From the IMG/VR virus record IMGVR_UViG_3300047299_000067, positions 1 to 64,000 of that record: a DNA stretch of 64,000 nt. One strand, written 5' to 3'. The notes below the pieces were generated by a model. It ran no database searches. It saw only the letters and a program-made list of their open reading frames with translations, and was not told the DNA's origin. The translations under genes were made by a program, and so were the position numbers. The DNA is from a virus. Each line of letters opens with the position of its first letter. Positions within the stretch are counted from its first letter, which is position 1. Shown here one piece after another: positions 59,549-64,000 of the stretch.

Positions 59549-59809
59549 TTATTTTCCCAGTGCTGCTATTAGCAACAGCATTTCTAATTCTGTAATACTT
59601 TGATTTACATTTTCTAGCAGTTCGTTGTACTGCATAGTGGGTGCTCTCTTCATTCGCCGCGCATCTACTTCCATATTACCCAACTTCTTTACTTGGTTGT
59701 TAATGTTAGTAAGCACTCGATTAAGCCTGGGATCGGAAGAAGCGTCCTTACCGATTTTTCGTAATTGAGAACTTACATTTGACCAGTCGAGGCTTGATGT
59801 TATATGCAT
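59549..59809 (-). CDS. Hypothetical helical protein, probably leaderless
   Basis: ATG lies 7 nt downstream of the -10 box. Confidence 0.7.
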   Translation of the reverse strand: MHITSSLDWSNVSSQLRKIGKDASSDPRLNRVLTNINNQVKKLGNMEVDARRMKRAPTMQYNELLENVNQSITELEMLLLIAALGK

Positions 59810-59832
59810 ACTGATAGTATAACATCAAGCCT
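59790..59832. repeat. Perfect 15-bp inverted repeat with 13-nt spacer
   Basis: AGGCTTGATGTTATA (59790-59804) and TATAACATCAAGCCT (59818-59832). Confidence 0.92.
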
Positions 59833-59844
59833 AATTTGTGCCAA
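59816..59844 (-). promoter_or_regulatory. Sigma70 promoter TTGGCA-N17-TATACT
   Basis: Read directly. Confidence 0.75.
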
Positions 59845-60156
59845 TTAAACGGGCAATCCGACTAGTGCTGCAACCATAATCATTTCAGGATCGCGGACTC
59901 CGATCCAATAAACTCTCGAACCATTTTGTTTTTTTGAATCACTCCAATGCACTGCCCACGCCGGTTGTTTTCGATGGTTGTTATTTTGATATTTCCACAT
60001 CCAATCTTGAGGACCATATCGATCCTTTAGAAATTGTTCGATAGACATAATATCTTTACTGTTATCACTGTAATTAGGAAAACGCCAAGCATGCGAAAAC
60101 TTAAGTTCGCGATATAGTTTATGCCTGCCGTTTAATTTTACTACTTTCTTACTCAT
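59845..60156 (-). CDS. Hypothetical protein
   Basis: ORF in a coupled string. Confidence 0.7.
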   Translation of the reverse strand: MSKKVVKLNGRHKLYRELKFSHAWRFPNYSDNSKDIMSIEQFLKDRYGPQDWMWKYQNNNHRKQPAWAVHWSDSKKQNGSRVYWIGVRDPEMIMVAALVGLPV

Positions 60157-60351
60157 TTAACTTACTTTTTCGATAGTTGCACGCCAAAAGCATTCATAGC
60201 TTCCGCCTTCTTCCCAATGTTTTGCATACGCTTCTGCTTCTTCGCGGGTCGTAAAAAACTTAGTGTCATCGGGATCGACTCGTTGACCCCATCCTGCTTC
60301 GTATTCTGTGATAGACACTTTGTATACACTGCCCATTTTAACTTCTGCCAT
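60157..60351 (-). CDS. Hypothetical protein
   Basis: GAGGA RBS; ITEYEAGWGQR..FTTREEA. Confidence 0.7.
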   Translation of the reverse strand: MAEVKMGSVYKVSITEYEAGWGQRVDPDDTKFFTTREEAEAYAKHWEEGGSYECFWRATIEKVS

Positions 60352-60361
60352 TATTGTCCTC

Positions 60362-60556
60362 TCAATCTTCCGAAATAGGGTAGTCTTCAATTCGAACGCT
60401 ACAGTTGCCACGAGCCACCCTGTATGCTTTGTAATTTTCTGCCAACTCTTTGTCTAAGTAAGTGCGAACTAACTTATACTCGCGATGGTCTTGCCAATCG
60501 CTTGTGAAACCATGTGGTGTAGTGTCTACTACATATACCAAATATACTTTGGACAT
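60362..60556 (-). CDS. Hypothetical protein
   Basis: AAGGA RBS; own promoter. Confidence 0.7.
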   Translation of the reverse strand: MSKVYLVYVVDTTPHGFTSDWQDHREYKLVRTYLDKELAENYKAYRVARGNCSVRIEDYPISED

Positions 60557-60588
60557 TTTTGGTTCCTTTCTGCTGGGTTGGTATAGTT

Positions 60589-60617
60589 ATAATAACATTT
60601 TGATATTTTTGTGTCAA
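60589..60617 (-). promoter_or_regulatory. Sigma70 promoter TTGACA-N17-TATTAT
   Basis: Read directly. Confidence 0.75.
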
Positions 60618-60618
60618 T

Positions 60619-60642
60619 AAAAAAGGCTACCTTGGTAGCCTT
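60619..60642 (-). terminator. Rho-independent terminator
   Basis: AAGGCTAC-CAAG-GTAGCCTT followed by a T-run. Confidence 0.85.
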
Positions 60643-60661
60643 GTAATGTAATACAAAAGTA

Positions 60662-60859
60662 TTACTTCTTTTCTTCTTTTGCGTCCTTTTTTATTTCTTT
60701 CTTTGCAGGCTTTTCTACCTTTGGCATAGCCTTTGGAGTAGCCGGCACACTGGCTGCACTTGCTGGCTTTTTAACTTCTTCTACTTTTTTAGTAGTGTCT
60801 GCGGCAAATGTTGCAGCGGCAAACATAGCGGCAACGATAAATGTAATAATCTTTTTCAT
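60662..60859 (-). CDS. Small secreted Lys/Ala/Pro-rich protein
   Basis: Sec signal peptide MKKIITFIVAAMFAAATFA; low-complexity mature part. Confidence 0.75.
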   Translation of the reverse strand: MKKIITFIVAAMFAAATFAADTTKKVEEVKKPASAASVPATPKAMPKVEKPAKKEIKKDAKEEKK

Positions 60860-60891
60860 AGTGTATCCTTTTATGCAATCTCTTGCTGTAA

Positions 60892-61623
60892 TTATTTAAC
60901 CTTGTTCAAGTTAATTCTTCGATATTCTTCTTGCCATATCGAATCTTCCATTTGTAGCAATCTCGCCATTTCTCTGCTGGTAATGTGTATTAGCAAGGCT
61001 CGACGAGGAAAGTTGGTGTTATTTGGCATAGTGCTATGAAGTGTACGAGGATGGTAAACTAATACATCTCCCACGGACATCTCCGGCTGCTCTACTCCTG
61101 CTAAAAATTCTTTATTATACTTTCCAGCATAACTATCTTTTACTACCCATCGTGTATTATGACTATTAGGTAGTAATCCGGTTCCTCCGTTTTCTTTCGT
61201 AAAGTTGCAAAGAGGAATAATACACTGCACGCCTAATAGCTCATCACGATCCCACCATTTATCAAACCTATACGGACTATCTATGTGAGGTTTAATAAAA
61301 TTATTTCCCGGCTCGTTAGTTATAATGTCTGCAATATAAGATGCAGGATCGTCAAACATACTGCCTAATAGTTCGATTAATTGTTGTGTTATTGCTTGCA
61401 CTTCTGGCCAGGCGCTCAATTCCTGGCTCCACCAAATGCCCAAGTCTTGGCACTCGTGTACTCGATCGGCAGGATAATATTTATAGTCCATGCCATGAGC
61501 ACGATGCGGGACTAATAAATCTTCTTTCAAGTTTAATTTAGAAATGCTTGTAGTTGATATTACAGAATTGAATACTGTATATCCTTGATTTGTAAATAAA
61601 TCTATTAGTCTTTGTTTGCCCAT
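60892..61623 (-). CDS. PhyH-family Fe(II)/2-oxoglutarate dioxygenase
   Basis: PHID (HxD), NGGTGLLPNSH, GDVLVYHPRTLHS..N...RRAL. Confidence 0.85.
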   Translation of the reverse strand: MGKQRLIDLFTNQGYTVFNSVISTTSISKLNLKEDLLVPHRAHGMDYKYYPADRVHECQDLGIWWSQELSAWPEVQAITQQLIELLGSMFDDPASYIADIITNEPGNNFIKPHIDSPYRFDKWWDRDELLGVQCIIPLCNFTKENGGTGLLPNSHNTRWVVKDSYAGKYNKEFLAGVEQPEMSVGDVLVYHPRTLHSTMPNNTNFPRRALLIHITSREMARLLQMEDSIWQEEYRRINLNKVK

Positions 61624-61940
61624 AAATTGATATCACCTTGATATAAACTAAATTCAAACGCATCCATTTCACTAAACAGAACTAGCTTTTTCTTACTCAA
61701 ATAATAAGGCCATTCCATTTTACTATCTAACATTAATAATGTTTTGTTCGCTACAACATAATTGTCGGGTAGTTTTATGGCATAACTTTTCCATAAAAAA
61801 CTAGCCAAATCGAAACCTAAGCCAGTAAAACGAGTGCCTTTTGCGTTTTTGTATATACCAAAAAATGTCAAAGGTTTATCAACACTTGTTTGTATAGCGT
61901 TGAAAACTTTTTTACTTATTTGTTCTTTTGTTAAGGTCAT
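61605..61940 (-). CDS. Hypothetical phage protein
   Basis: RFTGLGF..LDSKMEWPYYL. Confidence 0.7.
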   Translation of the reverse strand: MTLTKEQISKKVFNAIQTSVDKPLTFFGIYKNAKGTRFTGLGFDLASFLWKSYAIKLPDNYVVANKTLLMLDSKMEWPYYLSKKKLVLFSEMDAFEFSLYQGDINLWANKD

Positions 61941-62229
61941 GTTCGTTGACCGCTTGTCCTTGGCGCATTTCCACTACAGAAAAGTCTGCGCATTTAAACA
62001 ACTTGTTTAACTTTTCCATAAGATTAAAGGCGTGCCCTGGATTACTAAAAGAGACTTTTTTGTATTTTGGACCTGGGTAATCTTGTAAGCTATTTAAATG
62101 AGTGCGAAGGTTAAAAGGTTTACCTTGATAAAAAACTGCATAGATGGCATCAGCTTCTAGGATTTCTTCGCTTTTGAATGTTCCTGGATCTACATGAGTT
62201 AAAAGTATAGTTGGTTTTGGTCTTGCCAC
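61912..62229 (-). CDS. Hypothetical phage protein (GTG start)
   Basis: GGAG RBS; RPKPTILL..PGPKYKKVSFSNPGHAFNL. GATAAATA upstream at 62248-62255. Confidence 0.8.
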   Translation of the reverse strand: MARPKPTILLTHVDPGTFKSEEILEADAIYAVFYQGKPFNLRTHLNSLQDYPGPKYKKVSFSNPGHAFNLMEKLNKLFKCADFSVVEMRQGQAVNEHDLNKRTNK

Positions 62230-62276
62230 GTTTGCTTCTCCTACTTGTATTTATCCAAGAAGCATGCTATGACAAT

Positions 62277-62744
62277 TTAATCGTCTTCGTAGTCGACTAC
62301 TTTCTGTTGTCCCAAAACTACTCTCAGGTCCATTTTAGTCTTATACGGGCCTACATAAGTATTGGTTTTTACAGTAGATAACCGGGGGCACAAGCTGCAA
62401 ACCCAACCATTTTTAAACTTTAAACCATACCAGCCTGCTACGTGAGTACTTTTACTTGCGGCTTTTTTAGTAAATGTCGGGAACCCGTCTTGTTCCATAA
62501 CGTTATAAACTTCCTCTTGATCTGTAGGATATCCCATAACTTCTAAATGGCCGCCATGCATAAAATCTCTACGAATAAACTCAATACCTAAAGTCTTTAA
62601 CTCTTTATCGTCGTGTGCTACATAGTCTTTGCGGTTTAAATTAATAACATAATTATCATCCTTAAAGTTCATCATACCTACACGCTTGGCATTTTCTTCT
62701 AAAATCCAAAACTTATCTTTAATAACACTTTTTGCTAAAATCAT
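62277..62744 (-). CDS. Hypothetical phage protein
   Basis: ATGA-coupled start; AKSVIKDKFWIL..CPRLST..GPYKT. Confidence 0.75.
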   Translation of the reverse strand: MILAKSVIKDKFWILEENAKRVGMMNFKDDNYVINLNRKDYVAHDDKELKTLGIEFIRRDFMHGGHLEVMGYPTDQEEVYNVMEQDGFPTFTKKAASKSTHVAGWYGLKFKNGWVCSLCPRLSTVKTNTYVGPYKTKMDLRVVLGQQKVVDYEDD

Positions 62745-63730
62745 TTGTACGATGCTCCTAAGTAATCGCCGTGTTCGGTCATTTGATCGGCGATCTTGAC
62801 CAAGTTCCACTTGCTACAGAACTTAACGAAATGCAATCCTACTTGCGGTACTCGGGATTTATTTCTCGCAGTATCAATAACTTCGTCTAATGCTAATTTA
62901 ATATCATCCGGTTGTTCTGTCAAGTCGATTAATTTCTTGTTATGCAAATATCTATCACGCACACGATGTTCGACGCCATTATGGTCTACCCAACGTTGCA
63001 ACATGAGATTGTTCCAAGAATAGCCCTTATTATCTTTATCGGCAAATGCTTCGCGTAAGCCGACTTTATTCTTTGTACCTTTTTCACGCACACCTGGATA
63101 TGCACTAAAGATGTTATCGGACGTATCGCCTCGCATGCATTTCTCAAATAGCAACCAATTTGGATCGGGTGCAGGGTGAGGTTCTTTAGTTTTCTTATCT
63201 ACAGTACGTTTACCTTTTTCATCGAAGATACCGTCGATAGTAATAAGATGTTTAGTGATGCCGTTAAACTGTCTCACGTTAGGTGCAAGTAATTGGTAAA
63301 AGTCTCCGTCGCTACTTACAATAACATGTTGGTCAGTTGGATGTGTTTGAATCCAACGTGCAATGAAATCGTCGGCTTCGCAACGTTCGTGTCGCAATAC
63401 TGTGCAATTTGATTTAGCATCGAGAAAGGATTTAAGCTCATCAAACGCAGCCCAAAACATTTTATCTTCTTCTGCTTCTTGTGGATTTAATGCAGCACGA
63501 GCCGCAGCTCGATTTGCCTTATAAGTTGTATCAAAATCCTTACGCCAGCTACGACCTTCGAGTGCGAAGATAACATGCGAACCTTTAAAGTCTTTCCATA
63601 CTTTATTGATACTGTTAAACATAATGTGATATGACATACCAACTTTTGTTTCAGCATCCTCACCTCGAACTACATGCCTCGCTCTAAAAAACATATTAGA
63701 CGCGTCGACCAAAATATATGTATTACTCAT
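62741..63730 (-). CDS. rnh: RNase H / 5'-3' exonuclease (T4 Rnh, FEN-like)
   Basis: LVDASNMFFRA, YKANR, EADDFIA, SSDGDFYQL, GDTSDNI. Confidence 0.88.
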   Translation of the reverse strand: MSNTYILVDASNMFFRARHVVRGEDAETKVGMSYHIMFNSINKVWKDFKGSHVIFALEGRSWRKDFDTTYKANRAAARAALNPQEAEEDKMFWAAFDELKSFLDAKSNCTVLRHERCEADDFIARWIQTHPTDQHVIVSSDGDFYQLLAPNVRQFNGITKHLITIDGIFDEKGKRTVDKKTKEPHPAPDPNWLLFEKCMRGDTSDNIFSAYPGVREKGTKNKVGLREAFADKDNKGYSWNNLMLQRWVDHNGVEHRVRDRYLHNKKLIDLTEQPDDIKLALDEVIDTARNKSRVPQVGLHFVKFCSKWNLVKIADQMTEHGDYLGASYK

Positions 63731-63932
63731 TGTAATATGACTCTATTAATTTACTATCAATTTGTTCGCGAAATGCAATATTAAATTCTTGCATCAACTG
63801 CATAAATTCTGCATACTCGCGAACCCCCAAGAGCATTTCGCTCCATACATCTTCTTGGCTTTTTTTCATAGAAACAAGTATATGCTCGTTGCCTACGAAA
63901 TTTACCTTAAAGTTCCAGTTAAGTTTAGACAT
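63723..63932 (-). CDS. Hypothetical protein, probably leaderless
   Basis: ATG lies 6 nt downstream of the -10 box. Confidence 0.65.
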   Translation of the reverse strand: MSKLNWNFKVNFVGNEHILVSMKKSQEDVWSEMLLGVREYAEFMQLMQEFNIAFREQIDSKLIESYYNE

Positions 63933-63937
63933 ACGTT

Positions 63938-63966
63938 ATTATATGCTCAACTTTGATTCTTGTCAA
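63938..63966 (-). promoter_or_regulatory. Sigma70 promoter TTGACA-N17-TATAAT
   Basis: Perfect consensus. Confidence 0.88.
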
Positions 63967-64000
63967 TAGATTTTTTGGTACGTTTTTTTGGTAAAATATC

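Noticed and set aside
1-64000. tRNA/rRNA genes, integrase, transposase, introns or inteins, and genetic-code reassignment
   Set aside because: None recognised by eye; genes tile densely under the standard code. tRNAscan or Infernal would be needed to exclude RNA genes formally.

Overview
The window is a 64 kb, AT-rich fragment of a large (jumbo-type, T4-superfamily-like) tailed phage genome with three zones. (1) 1-14485 (+): virion structural genes, namely a gp6-like baseplate wedge that starts upstream of the window, a 2826-aa structural protein, and tail/fibre proteins, one carrying a perfect 21-bp x4 YGYGSGG repeat. (2) About 14500-49003 (+): a ~34.5 kb co-oriented, tightly overlapping block of about 37 mostly biosynthetic genes, headed by a T4-late-type TATAAATA motif. 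It holds 11 radical SAM enzymes (7 with an N-terminal twitch/SPASM-like Cys module, 1 apparently split), 2 QueC-like PP-loop ATPases, several glycosyltransferase-like paralog sets, 4 SGNH proteins, a NodU/CmcH carbamoyltransferase, a methyltransferase-like protein, an SDR, and a cupin / nucleotidyltransferase-kinase / shikimate-dehydrogenase-like / GatZ-like module. (3) 49004-64000 (-): early/middle genes (thyA, MoxR-type AAA ATPase, metallopeptidase-VWA protein, PhyH dioxygenase, RNase H-like exonuclease, many small ORFs), with ten near-consensus sigma70 promoters and signs of cassette shuffling. The best candidate for an undescribed system is zone 2: a late-expressed phage biosynthetic supercluster that may build a heavily tailored glycan or other modification on the virion. 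Functions were assigned from motifs read by eye; no database searches were run.
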